From Toensbergia leucococca (Eukaryota), in assembly GCA_022813965.1 (NCBI GenBank), contig JALDZS010000062.1, positions 1 to 64,000 on the forward strand: 64,000 nucleotides of DNA, written 5' to 3'. Position 1 is the stretch's first letter; each line of letters begins with the position of its first letter. Below, in pieces: positions 13,793 to 26,896 of the stretch. Made by a program: the position numbers and the translations under genes. The notes under the pieces are model-generated. The model saw nothing but the letters and a program-made list of their open reading frames with translations. It was not told the DNA's origin and ran no database searches.

Positions 13793-14113
13793 AGTCCTAG
13801 CGGCAGACGCCGAGAGACTCCGCAAGCAGATGGAATCATGGGGTTAGTAAGCGTTGACTAACGCTATCAACTTCTACACTTAGCTGGCTCAAGGATCGTA
13901 GTTTTTGCCATTAATCCATTGTAGACAGTTGTGTGAGTGAGGTGATCAGTACTAATCGTACATGAAGCTAGTTCTACTTTGCACTGGTGACTGGCAAGCA
14001 TTTGGAAATTTACATTTATATTACAGGTATGTATTACATAAGGTAGCTATTGTTTGGGTGAGTATCCGTACTCGGTCCCAAGTAACGACTCGACTGTGAT
14101 TGCAAGTGTCCGT

Positions 14114-15424
14114 CTATAGTATCCTCTCTGATAAAGGCTCATCCAACGAAGACTCATGTTGGGTACCCGATGTCTTGCCCGTGTTCGACAGGCTACCTCG
14201 CAACGCTAATGAATTCCTGATAAAAGGTGTAATCACAGTATCTCTCCTTTGCCTTTGTAGAATGGATACATCCTTCTGAGTACCTATACCCATCTCCCTC
14301 CATTTCTTGGGTGGCTTGATCCCAATCTCAACCATCTGTCCCCAGATAGTCTCACCACGTTTGTCCCATCTTCGACGTCTGCTTTCCTCCTCTGTCTCAT
14401 TAGGTTTCCACTTGCTTTTCAAAATCCTTCGGACTGCTTCCGGGGAAACCTGGAACTGTTCGGCCAGTACGGGTGTTGTATACTTATCGGGGAACTGTGC
14501 ATGAAGAGTACGTATGCCCTCAAGTGCATCGGGTGAAAGACGCTTCCTAGGGGACCATCCTTGGGACCCGAATTTCTCGGTCAATGCCTTTTTTTGGATC
14601 TGCCATGGTTCGCGCGGCAACTTTCCTGCTCTAGTCTCGTGGGTAGCGGAGCTTATGGCATAAAGGCGGGTTGGCGATTCAGTTTGGGTCTCCTGGTTGG
14701 ACGATCCTAAGAGTTTAAAATATTGATCCTTCTGCGAGCCAGGCCTGGATACACTCTTTGTTCTAGTAGAAAAGCGTTTAATATTCCGTGACGAGCTCGT
14801 TGCGCGTCTAGTTGCTTTGGCAGAATCAGAGTCGTTTTCTCGATAGAGATTATACGGAACTTCAGTAAGTTGACTTTCAACCACTTTCATATGAGATCCC
14901 TCGTTGTCTTCAGAGGCCCTAGAATCTTTCCCCGAGTCTACGTGCTTTTTGAGTGAAGTTTGGTTGTGTGTATGGTTCAGGTTGCAGGAGAATGTAGCAT
15001 CTTTTATTTCGTCGTGCGGCTCGGAACGATTTATAAACACTGCTGGTCGAGTGCCGGCAATTTCATTCGCCGAGTCACCAGCCTTGCCCGCAACTTCAGC
15101 CGACCGTTCCAGATCCGATGGTACGACGGCGTTCCACATAACCCCTGGTGAATAGTTTGATGGTATAATAGATTCGGATATTGTCTTGTTGAAGGGAACA
15201 TAGGCATCGCCAGATTTCTTTGAGACAATTAGCCGCGAAAAGTTCAGATCCGCCTCGTCATGGAGAGAGGATCGTAGCCGTAAGGAAGTCTGAGTATGGA
15301 AGGAATGGCCCGACGCTATCCTGGAGGGACACGAACGTAGGATGCAGTTGACGCCAGAGTACTCAACAGCGAAGTTACGCAGGAAAAGTCGGAGTATTGT
15401 CCCTGAGCAGGCTGGACAGGGCAT
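14114..15424 (-). CDS. RRG9: Required for respiratory growth protein 9 (Neugrin domain), mitochondrial
   Basis: Single 436-aa ORF with [37 protein letters not shown]...[16 protein letters not shown]. Confidence 0.88.
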   Translation of the reverse strand: MPCPACSGTILRLFLRNFAVEYSGVNCILRSCPSRIASGHSFHTQTSLRLRSSLHDEADLNFSRLIVSKKSGDAYVPFNKTISESIIPSNYSPGVMWNAVVPSDLERSAEVAGKAGDSANEIAGTRPAVFINRSEPHDEIKDATFSCNLNHTHNQTSLKKHVDSGKDSRASEDNEGSHMKVVESQLTEVPYNLYRENDSDSAKATRRATSSSRNIKRFSTRTKSVSRPGSQKDQYFKLLGSSNQETQTESPTRLYAISSATHETRAGKLPREPWQIQKKALTEKFGSQGWSPRKRLSPDALEGIRTLHAQFPDKYTTPVLAEQFQVSPEAVRRILKSKWKPNETEEESRRRRWDKRGETIWGQMVEIGIKPPKKWREMGIGTQKDVSILQRQRRDTVITPFIRNSLALRGSLSNTGKTSGTQHESSLDEPLSERIL

Positions 15425-15876
15425 TGAGCTGGTGTATTAGAGTCAACCATTGGGACTCAAATGAATGGAAAGGTCGACCAAAATCAAAAATAATAGGTAC
15501 GGAGTACTCCGTATGACAAATAATGACAAATAATGATAAAATCTTAGGTGTCGTGGTGTTTATTACAGTAATTAATTTGATCATACCACCAAAAAACAAA
15601 AATTTCCTAAAGTACAAGTCGTGAAGAAATTCTTCAACTCCCTGAATCACCATCCATAAATAGGTGCATTATGAATGGAAGGTTTCACATTTCACATTGG
15701 CTTGTAATAATCTCCTTCTTGTGTAGCTCCAATAGTTGTCTCCACATGTTTTACAATAGCTCTAGGCCAAAAGCCAAGACTAGAGTGATGACGATCTCTA
15801 TTAATACCAAGCTACATCTCTTCTAAAGAAATACCCTTCCCCATTCTTCTTGTCCATTATACATTCCTGTTCTGTG

Positions 15877-17494
15877 ATGGGTTGGCACAGCTTGATCGGC
15901 TTGCGAGATGAGAATACTAGGTCATGTTGGGGCTACACCTTCCAATTGACTGATAATCATTATACCTTGAAGCAAACTGCTCCCATGAAGCAATCGTTTG
16001 ATAGACTAGGGGGAAAAGCTCTAGAAAGACTCGACATAATCTCTCCTCCTCTGCGTTCTGCTTTGCCTCGCAGGTCTGGTAAATTCGCCGAGAAAGAGGC
16101 TGGGGATGGTAGAATAGTTGATCAAGCTATGAGCATACCTCCGCGAGATCTCTACGTTTTATTGCGGGATAATGCAAGCAATGACCAAGTGCTCGGGAAG
16201 CTATGGGCTGAGGTGAACACTGTTCCAACTTGGGTTGATTGGGGGCAAATAGCAAGAGGACAAGAGGTCTTTTACAGGTAAATACGAATGTCCCACAGAC
16301 CACAGATGCAATTGTGGCTGTCTCTAATGAACCTGAAGGTACGGTGGTCCAATCCTCACTGGCCTTGCATATCAAAGCCTCCTTGGAGGGATGGTGAGAA
16401 GTTTGACACCTCGCAATGTTCTATATTTCTTTACTAAAAATGATTAGGGGGCCGGGAGAGTTGCAGAAACGCTGACCAGGACAGGCGGTTTTTCGACCAA
16501 GGTCGCAAGGCATCGGCTATTTGAGACGTTCCAGCATTTGCTTCAATGTACGAGATCTCTTCAATCCATACAGCCCGGAGGCGCAGGTCATGCTTCCTCT
16601 ATTCGGGTCCGCTTGCTGCACGCTGCTGTACGACAACGCATTATGAAACTAGCTCAACAGAGGCCGGCTTACTACGACGTCGAGAAATGGGGGGTACCTA
16701 TCAACGATCTAGATTGTATAGGAACCATCGGCACATTTTCTGCCATACTCGTTTGGATGAGCCTCCCTCGGCAGGGGATATGGATGAGGGAGCAAGAGAT
16801 CGTCGACTATATCGCTTTATTTCGATACGTAGGATACCTCACTGGAACGCCTACTGATGCGTTCGAAACCCCGACTAAAGCTCGGGTGATGATGGAGTCT
16901 TTGCTTATGAACGAAATCAATCCAACCGAAACATCAAGACTTCTGGCTCAAAATATCATTAAGTGCTTGGTGGCTCAGCCGCCTGGGTTTGCTTCGAAGT
17001 CCTTCCTCGAAGTAAACAGTCGTTGGCTAAACGGGAACGAGCTCTGCGATCGTCTCGGCCTGGGCAGGCCAAGCCTCTACTATTGGGCTTTGATGGCGGG
17101 CCAATGCTTCTTCTTCATGGCTGTATGTTATATATATAGAGCTATACCATATCTTGATAGAAGGAAAATAGCTGTAAGTATTGGTCGACTAAGTTGTACA
17201 ATGACGGCTAATGGGCCATTTTAGGCACTGAGAAATATCTTCTGGCAAGTTGCTATCGAGAACAGACACGGGCTGGGACATGAGTCTATTTTTGACTTCA
17301 AGTATATTCCTGATTTTCACACGATCACAGAATCGGGCGATGAATCCCAAGCGGGCATCAAGCACCCCGGCATCGAGAGGAGAAACCTCAAAGCGTTGGT
17401 CATTGGATGTGGCTGTTTAGGAGTCGTGGTCTTCTTGGTTTGGAAGGTAGTGGCCGGTTTCGCAAGAAGTGTTGTGAGCAACCTCAAAATCTGA
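15877..17494 (+). CDS. ER-bound oxygenase MpaB-like / DUF2236 protein
   Basis: VPTWVDWGQIARGQEVFYRY, ETLTRTGGFS, SIRVRLLHAAVRQRI and WGVPINDLDCIGTIGTFS; C-terminal hydrophobic anchor; 3 introns. Confidence 0.85.
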
Positions 17495-18746
17495 CATATG
17501 AATCTGTTGGCATGTGCCCTTTGAATACGCTTCTAAACATGGCGTACGGGCTCTGGCCCACGTCACTGGTATTAGTACTTGGCCCATTTGTTCGTGTTGT
17601 TCTAGGTCCGATCAGACTTCTCAGATTGAGTCTGCATTCGCAGGAAATACCGTTTCAGGACCTTCGTGTGGCTTCATTACCCGTTCATTTCGCCATGTCA
17701 GCTTTTCACCCGGCCACATCAGGGGATCTCTTTTTGGGTCCGGAGTACCTACAAGACATTGATATAGGACTATTGACGTCTGTGGTGCAGCGTTGGAAGG
17801 CTGCATCTCCAGTGACAGTGTGTCTAGCTTTTTCATTGTTGAAGAAAACTTATTTTTGCTATCGAGCTGCCTTTGAATATGGTTTCGGTGTCGCGTTGCT
17901 ATGGAGAATGTGTTTGACCTGATCCAAACTAGGGCCCATTGCACTTGACGGGAAGGCAGTCTTTTGTCCCCATGGCATGTCTATCCCTCAAGACATGTTC
18001 TTCCCTCTACGTCCGTTGATTGGTCGCGTTTACTGGGACAGTATATTGTTCCAAAGGTTTAGAGCATGTCAATGCAGGTTGCAACTTCAAGAATGTGTAC
18101 TTAGACGAACCGGAAATGAACACGAATATTGAAATTGTTCTTTGAGTAGGAGACGAGTATGGTACACAAGATATGAACAAATGACGAAAGATAGGGGCTG
18201 TCGGGTGGCGAGAAAAGAAGCTTCTTCTGTCTACTTCGACTACAGCCACTAGAGGTTGAAATAATAAGTTTTGCCAATATTACCATTTTGGACTGTGTGA
18301 GAGATAAGGATGTAAATATGCACTAGAATTAAATAAGACGCCAGGGTCAGCCGAAGAACCTCGGGGTTTTTCAATGGTCCCTTCAAATCTATTCAAGCGT
18401 CAGGAACATGATATCTTGGTACACGGAAAGTACGTTACGCATGAAGAGGCTGCAGTGATGATTCCATCAACAAACACCAAATAGTCTTTTCGCCCGCCAA
18501 TCTTCAGGATCTTGCCTGTCTGTACTGATCGTGCTTTTATAGTATACCAATAGCATCGTCCCCTTCGTGCATAGATGTCTGTATAATTTGGTGTGCCGTG
18601 CCGTACTTGAACCAGTCAAGCAACCACAGTTGGAGCGCTTAAGCCCCTTTTACTAAACGCGGTTCGGAAAACCTCGCAATCTCACAAGGTAGCTGCTCCA
18701 TACCTTGCGAGACGAGACACTATTTGTCTACTCGGCTCAACCTTCG

Positions 18747-21700
18747 TCAATAGTCTCGATTTGGCTCCAAGTATTCTCCCTTTTCCAGCTGATCTGCCAA
18801 ACTAACGGCACTGGTCTCCTCACTTACCTGGAGTTTAGTAAACTTCTAATTAGCACGTTGAGGACATGGCTTACAGTATTCTGGCCGAAGACTGCGTGTC
18901 TTTCAGCTTTCTCACCGATAGCACGAATCGTGAGGTGAAGCTCGCGTTCCAGATCTTTTGTCATTCCTTTTGTTAGGCCGTCCACAGATAAATTGAGGAT
19001 TTTTCGGTAGGAGCGAAGAATTTCACATATCTGTTCGGCTGGTAAGGCAAGATCTCTTAGATTGCTAACGCTTTTGGGGCGGTGTCTTGCGTCCAAGGGA
19101 GGTGGTCTCCTTCTTGCTTGTGAATCGATTTCTGGGCCACGTTGTGCGAAGCCTTGAGCTTTCGAGTCTTCTTTACCGATGTTGGCTAAGACTGAGGTCA
19201 CTTTGACGTGGCGACCTTTGTCTGTACCAACCAATTTTGGAGTTTGTATCAATGCATGTTTCGAGGTCTTCTTTCGTATACGGGACGGAGACTGGTTTCG
19301 TGTCGGAGTCATTGAAGTGCCACTTCCCTCTAGCGATGTCTGGAGACTTGAAATCTCGGACTTTGAAAGAATACGTCGAAGCGGTTGGGTAGAAGCCGCT
19401 GAGGTCTTGAGGGTCTGAGCTTCATTGATTAGATACGAAGATTCAGTGGGTTCAATAGACTGGGGTTGTAGCGATAAATCCCAGATCATACAGGTTCCAT
19501 CAAGACCGGTGCTGATTACAGTGCCTGTGAAGAAGTGATTCTCACTATGGTGTTCAATAACACCAATGTCACTAATTCCTTCGGTATGGCCATGCTCCTT
19601 CGCAAGCAGTGAACAGTTCTCATAGTCATATACCCAGATAGACTTGTCGGTCGACGAAACTCCCAAGAGCACGGGGATTCGTGTCGTGGCCTTGGAAAAT
19701 ACCTTCCCAGTGAGTGAGCTTAATGTGAATAATTCATTGCTTGTAGGATCTGAAATTTTCATATGGTGCGTAAGGCACCCGGAAGAAATGTTGTACCTGT
19801 GAACCTGCCTATCCAAAGTCGAGATTATGAGAACATCGGCATCATCAGGCATGGTCGTGAAAGCGACGGGGCTTGCGCTTTTTAGTGTTATGATTCGAGT
19901 AGGAATGAAAGCCACTGATTGAGATGTTCCGAGTACTATACTTCGTATGATAATTGTTCGATCTGCTGAAGACGAAACAAGGGTCGATCCATCTTTGAGG
20001 AAGGAGATTTGATTGACTGCTCCAAGGTGATCATCGAGCGTTTGCAGGACACTTAGTTCATCGCCTGTCTTTCTGAACAGCTGACATATTCTATCACGGC
20101 CGCAGCTTGCCACCAGGACTAAATTGGCATCCTGCTGTGACATGGAGATGTCATTGATATCACCATCGTGCGCCTTGCAAGAATAGGTACATAACTTGTT
20201 TCTAATGAGGGTGATTTGGCCGCTTTTGTCTCCAGTCACGTAGAAATCACAATTGCTCGATGCTCTTAATACTTTCAGCTCATTTAAAGCACCGCCCTGG
20301 TGGTAAAGCGGAAGGTTCAATGCCACCACCAAAGTTTCCTTGCATGTACCATCGAGGGACCAGAAAAGTACTGTGCCATTAGCAGACCAAGTCATAAAGG
20401 CAGCATCGTGTTCGTTGGGTTGATGTAGTATCCCAACGCCTAATATCGCACCATTATGGGCAGGCAGCTCTTTAATATCTGCATCTACAGTGACTACCCC
20501 TTCTGACCTTTTGACATCTTTGAATCGAAAAACTCGGTCCGAGCTAACCGTGATGATTCGGCCGGGCAAGACACCCAATGCCACGACGTCTGGAACTTTC
20601 CGCATATCTGGCAGAATGCGAAGTCCAGGACTGGCTGGCGGATGGAAAGAATCCGGAAAAATGGTTGACTGAGTCAATACACCTAATGGTAACGACTCAA
20701 CTTTTCCAGCTTTGCCGCCCATCCATAAAGAGCCTGTCACGTTGTCTATGGCCATGCAAGAGATGCTGAAATCAACAGATGCAACCATCTTTAATTGTTG
20801 CATTCGGTCATTGTCATCGAGAACGCAAATGTCCCCTCCAATCGTGCATAGGATCGCCACAGAATCGGACAACGCTTCCACACAACTGAAAACAGCATCC
20901 ATGAGATTTCCAAGTAAGCAATTTCTCCCAGTGAGAGTTTTTGGCCCTGTATTCGCTGCATCCGAAATGAGCCGTGCCTTTAATGGTGACGAAGGTAACA
21001 CTGGTTCAAGCCTCCACACCTTCACGTGACGAGTACCTACGCTCACGACACTGTTGCCGATCCATGCAATGTCCCGCACATCAGAAGTACACCTATTTCG
21101 AGAATGCAGTCTTGCTAACCCATTTTTCGAGTTGATAGACCAGAGACACACAAACCCATCATGTAGGCTGCCAATCGAACAGAGCCAGCGCGAGTCATGG
21201 GAAAATGCAACAGCACGGACACCAAAACTGTGCTCTGTTAAAGATGACAATGGGGTATTCCCAGGGGCACCCTCAGCGGTCGAGAAGATCAATACCCGCG
21301 GGTTGTATCCTGTCTAGACTGGTCAATCGGGGCCGCACTACTTGCAGCGCTTCTTACCTCTCCCAGAGCTAAGAATCTGCCGTCGGGGCTCAGTGATATA
21401 CAAGTAGCAGCTTTAGTTCGTTGACGTGCTGTATGTGATTCTCCAAGGTCGCCGAGTGGAGATCCTGCACGGACGCTTTTTTGGGGGGAGATTAGGCGGT
21501 GACGTAACTCTGGCCCGGTCGGCGGTGTAGCAGGGCTGTATGAGGCAGAACTTGAGTTGTGAGGCCATGGATTGTGTCGTGCACGGAAGAAGCGCCGGGT
21601 GACATTGAGATCAGAATCAATTCGAGTCAATATCACCGCTGATCCAGCGATGGCCGCAAAAGAGTCCACGAGACAATCAAAACCGTTTGCCGAACAGGTC

Positions 21701-21852
21701 GTAGTCCCGATGACTGTCTTCACAGAAAGGTGACAGTCGCCATTATCTCCAGTACATTTGCCAGGATGGTGACTTGGAGAAATGTGATTCTGAGGTGTGA
21801 GGCGGAGGCCCGTGGCAGCGCTCAGCCTGGGATAGGAGGGTGTATGTGGCAT
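18747..21852 (-). CDS. WD40-repeat protein, WDR62/MAPKBP1-like
   Basis: VIGTTTCSANGFD, LSPDGRFLALGE, HSFGVRAVAFSHDSRWLCSIG and many WD repeats, followed by a Ser/Arg-rich tail. The 3' exon boundary is estimated. Confidence 0.8.
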
Positions 21853-22946
21853 TTTTGCCTCGACAGCGTACAGATTCTTAACCAACGAAAGTCGTGGACA
21901 GAGGAAACTTCATGGTGAAGCATGTCCATCAGGTTCTCCGCAAATACATGAGTACCGATAGATATGGCACGAGATAGAATCTTCGAACGAGCCTAACAAT
22001 AACGGCATTGACGAGAAATAGGCAGGTACGTCCGTATTTTAGACTAAGATATTGGCTTGGCGAGGATAAGGCGGGTAGGTAAGGTAGGTAGGTACCTGTA
22101 GAATACCTTAGGTGGGAATGGAAGCTATCGTACTCTAATTGCCTTTCGAGGTATTTTTGGCTATCCGTATTACATACAGATTTCAGACAAGAATCAGTAT
22201 TCTGATATGCTTTTTGCAGGGATGAAATATCAGGTTCTTCAACTTCATTGTAGAATGGCGGGTACGGATATGTTGCACGCCATTGGTAGATATCCCGATC
22301 CATGGGTCTTGAGTCGCCATCCATGGATCCAGCTACTATTCATGGATGGTGTACACCAGCCATGGGCGATTACATTCATCTCTTGAATCATAAAGGCGAT
22401 CGATGAGGCATGCCATCCATGGATAGAAGGGTCTCATCATCACTACCCATAGGCGTGCTAGATATGCACAACAGGCAGGGTAAGATACAAGTATTCTATT
22501 TTCCGGTTGCAATTTCAATGGCTTGAGCTGCCAATATCCGTATACTGATTTGACTCAGACTCTTTACCGAGATTGCATGCTTTCTGTTACACTTATACGT
22601 GGACATGATATCATCTAGGGATTACCTAGATTTTGCATTAAATTAAAATGCAGGGTAGTGAATGTGTTGAGGATGAGACACAGCGATATTCTAGGTGGTT
22701 GGAGGGAGGCGGAAAATTGATGCAAAATGTGACGCAAGATTGCGGTGTTACTCAAGCTGATTCAATCTCCCAATAGCACCCAATATGTAAGGTGGATGGC
22801 ATGCAAAAGAGATTGGAAAGGGGTACAGTGAAGTTCGTGTTGGTAGCCTTCCAATTTCAACAAGGTAGGTATCTAATTAATGGTGATATTACTCTGAATG
22901 AGACTCATAGTACTCCTTCATATTACCACTCAATGTCTTGGAAAGA

Positions 22947-25900
22947 TTAATGATCCCATTTCAGCCCCAGGTATTTCGTCTGTAGTAGCTGATGCAAAGC
23001 TCCGCCATCGTTGCTCAGACTTGCTATGCTCAATGCTTTCTCTGTCCAGCGCCTGCACGCCGAGTCTTGTGACGCACAATAGAAATCGACGCCCTGGTTA
23101 AAAGCCGTCGTTGCGAGCCACTCGAGTTCTTCTAGCGGGTAGCTTTGAGGCTTCTGCAATAAGGCCGCTCTGATTAGTATATTCGCCCAAGGAACCCCAC
23201 GTGGTGCTACGAACCGTCCTGGCATCTACTGCAACGACGAGGACTTGATCAAGGAGGTGCTCTGCCATTTCGATCTTGGACACCAGCGCTAGTGAGAAGA
23301 GGCATCTTATCCAACGGGAGAGCTTCTCGATATCACTAGTATCTAACCGCCAGGTCATGTTGAAAATATGCTACATGGCCTTAGTCACCAATATGGATCA
23401 ACGGTAGTCTTCCCCAGCACATACCTGTAATGTCACGATTATTGCTCGTCTGCATTAGTACAGGAGCATGTGAAACAACCAGTTCACTCACTCTCACTGG
23501 GGGCTTCGGAACACATAATGACATCCGCCAACATATAAAAGATCTTTGGATCGTTGCATGCTTGACATTCCTATGAATGGGCAAGTGTTAGGGTTGTGAT
23601 AAAGCTTTTCTGCCCGCCCACACACCTTACTTCAATGAGCTGAAACAGGTCTTCCCAAGCTTTAAGTCGGACTGCTGCTTCGAAATCAAAAGCCACGAGA
23701 CTGGTGTGTTTGCGTAAGAGATCTTTTTTTGCACCACCTTCTAATCTTTTTAGCTGCTCTTGAAGGCGCCCTCGAAAATCTTCGGCAACCTTACGAAGGC
23801 CAAGGTAATAGCGGAGCTGTTTCTGTTAGATTCTGCAGTTTGTAGTTTTGGTCATGCGGACCTGATCCTCTACTCCGACGTCGCTCCGAGCTAGTACAAC
23901 AAATAGCGAGCAACTAAGATAATCGCAAAACAATCTGCGGAGAGACAGATCTGCGCGTAAATTTGCATTCATGTCAGGCGGATAGAGGTCTATAAACTAT
24001 CCGCTTGTCAACTATGGGATATCACATAATGCTACTAGCATACGCCGACCTTAAGACACGCTTGCAACAAGCGTAACGTTTGTGATGGACTCCAACTCGT
24101 ACAGAATCTCAGAGCTAGGTTGTAGCTGTTCCTCGAGAACCAGTCTAGCTCGGCTTGTGAGAAAAGATGACTGGTAGTGCCTCGTGTTGCAGTTTTGGCT
24201 TGTGCGGCAGCTGCTAAGAGTCAATGGATAAGAGTTGGGCAAATGAAGGCATGATGTACCAGCTTCAAAGAGTACACATATCTCATTGACGCTATGGTTC
24301 TGTTGTGGATGAGCGCTGCTGCGTTCGATGAGAAGACGGGCAGTGCAGCTTTCTGGATAAGTAGATTTCATGTACGAGGAGGATTTGCGTTTTGCTTACC
24401 GAAGGAGTGCTGGAAGATGAACCCCGTCTGGCTTTCCAGAATCGTATCTGTCTATCACGCGCTGCATGGCAGCTACTGTCTGTCCACAGTCACCAGATTG
24501 CTGGGCTTCCAAAACGCAGGCATAGAGCAGCGTAATATCTCTAGAAGTATTACAAATAGAGTTGAGGCAATCAGAAGCTTAGCAGGTCTCAGCTTCGGAA
24601 TCTCAATGATGTGGGAGGACTGACCAAGCTCTGTATCTTTGCATTTCAAAGCTATTCTGTAGATTAGGTATTGGGTTGAAGGGGCACATTTGTTTGACTC
24701 TGACATTTGAGCGCAGACGTCTTGAGCTTTCGACAAATCGGATCTTGCAAGAGCACAAAGAATCAACTTCCTACCCGCTTGTTAGGCTCGCAAGACTGAA
24801 GCAATAAGTGCTGCCTTTCACCTCTGCAATTTGCCTCTGTTCAGCTCTCCAGAATTTCTAAACATTACGTGTAATGCCATACCAGCCCAGCCTTCCGCGC
24901 CAACATAATCTTGCAGATGGTAGCTCGCCTCTACGCGTTTCCAAAATAACTGACAGTTATTCAGTAATATGCTCATATCTCCAAGGTCCCTTCACTGGAC
25001 CAATGGGACTACTTACTATTTGGATTGCGTGAGTAGCCGAGGGATTGATGACCTTGTTGAATTTATTGCCTAACGTATCAAGAAGTTCCCCTAATAGACC
25101 CAGCTCGTTGACGGGATCGGGCGACGTCGTTATATTCCAAATTGTCGTGACGAGTACTCTTTCTAGCCATTTAGGCTCTCCTGCATCGACGAGTCTTTCT
25201 GTGAGCAGAGAAGCTAGAACTGTATGTGCCATGGCCGGACTTCGGTGTCTAAGATTATGCACATGGTGTAGCGCTGTTTTGAGATTCGAATCGGTCAAGT
25301 GAACAGTGCGGACAATTTTCTGAAGAGTGTCACAGAAGTCTTGGGGAGAGGATGTCGAGTCGACTGTGTATAGATCAAGTCTTAGCAAGAGTACGGCTAA
25401 TTTGTCACCAGACTCGGTTTCCATGTTGCGAACTATGTTCCACGCTTTTGCCCTAGAATCTTCTCCTCTGAGACCCATCAAGGCTTTGACCATGCGATGC
25501 ATGACACTGATCTGGAGATCCTTGGCGTTGCTGCTTAGGGCCTCTATCGTCTGACCCAAAAGTATATCATACGCTTTCTCCAACCACGTTATTGCGTCGG
25601 AGTATAGAAGCTTTTCCATTTGATCTTTACCGATCTCGAGAAGTAAATCCGCTAAATTCTCGGCCAGGGCAGGATCAAACTCGCTATAGCGAGGACCTAG
25701 CTTTGTTAACATGATCTCTGCAAGATCTAGACGCTTCTGTCGCCATCCCTATGATGTGGTCAACGAGAATTGTCATAAATCGCCCCATAGCGGACCTACC
25801 AGAGCAATCCTCAGGACATAGTACTCTTTAGAGAGTGGACCCTTTGGGGTTGTATCATCTTGCAAGATATGACCTTCAGTGAACGTGAGTCTTTCCTCAT

Positions 25901-26553
25901 AGAACGCAGCCCTTTCGACAGCTCTTTCAGCTAGGCTTAGGTGGCCACGATCTACTTCCCACGTTAGTTTGTCGAATTAAAGCACAGCTGCGAGGACAAC
26001 AACCGACCGAGGCAATTCTTAATGGTTTTTAGAGCAGATTCAAGTACTCGAGAATCGTCTGAATCGATGGTCGAATATCAGCGGAGGCCCACGCAAATAG
26101 AGCAAGGAACTCACTTTGCGCGGATCTCTTTGTCCATCGTTGGGCATAGTCGAGAAGGAGGCAAGCGAAGACCCGTACTGTATCACTGAGCCTGGCGTTT
26201 GAGGTCTTAAATACCCTAGAGCGTACCTAGACATACTAACTCTGCATCTGTGGAGTCCGCTTTGTTGAGCTTCACAGCAAGGTTCCAAAGCCTTGTCCCA
26301 TGGCTATCTAAGTCCCGAGCTCTACACACGACGGCCGCATCATTACTCAAAGGAAGGTCATCGATAAATCTGTATAACTCTTTCGTGGTCGAGGGTAGGG
26401 TGTCATGTGACCGCAGGCTCTCTTCTAGCCCTGTTGCGAATGCTACACATGGATTAAAGTGAGCTACTTTTACTTCTCAGCGTAGGACTCATTCGTACCG
26501 AGTATAGTGTTTACCCTCTGTTCCATTTTCTGAGGCTTTCTGGTGGGCGGCAT
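22947..26553 (-). CDS. SPO22: Meiotic TPR-like protein Spo22/Zip4 (TEX11 family)
   Basis: N-terminal LDSHGTRLWNLA; central LADLLLEIGKD...AITWLEKAYDIL; C-terminal YPLEELEWLATTAFNQGVDFYCASQDSACRRW; many introns. Integrity of every exon was not verified. Confidence 0.88.
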
Positions 26554-26896
26554 GGCTTTTTTGAGCTAAGGACCCGTCTTGAAAATTGTCGGCGAGCTGG
26601 TTTCGGGTCAACGAATCCCCGCCAAGCAGTCTTCTCAATCACATATTCAGAGTAATGTAAGATAGCATCCATGGTCACAAGTACAAGATGGATAGATAAA
26701 TCATGACCAAAGCTGAAAGTACTGTATAATACTTGATCTGGCGGAAACTTTGTACAGTCTAGTGTGGAAGCTCAACCGTGGAACACAGTGGAAGGAGCAA
26801 CAGAATACTTGTAGAAAATATGTTTACGTGGCCTTTTGGGCATTTGATTGTTCAAGCAAGCTAGGCTATAATACAATCAAGGAAAATGGGCCATCG

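Noticed and set aside
17514..18286. Short ORFs downstream of the mpaB-like gene
   Set aside because: No family signal and no coherent gene model.
21929..22518. 131-aa and 60-aa minus-strand ORFs
   Set aside because: Intergenic between the WD40 gene start and the SPO22 end; they include simple AGGT repeats and no domain signal.
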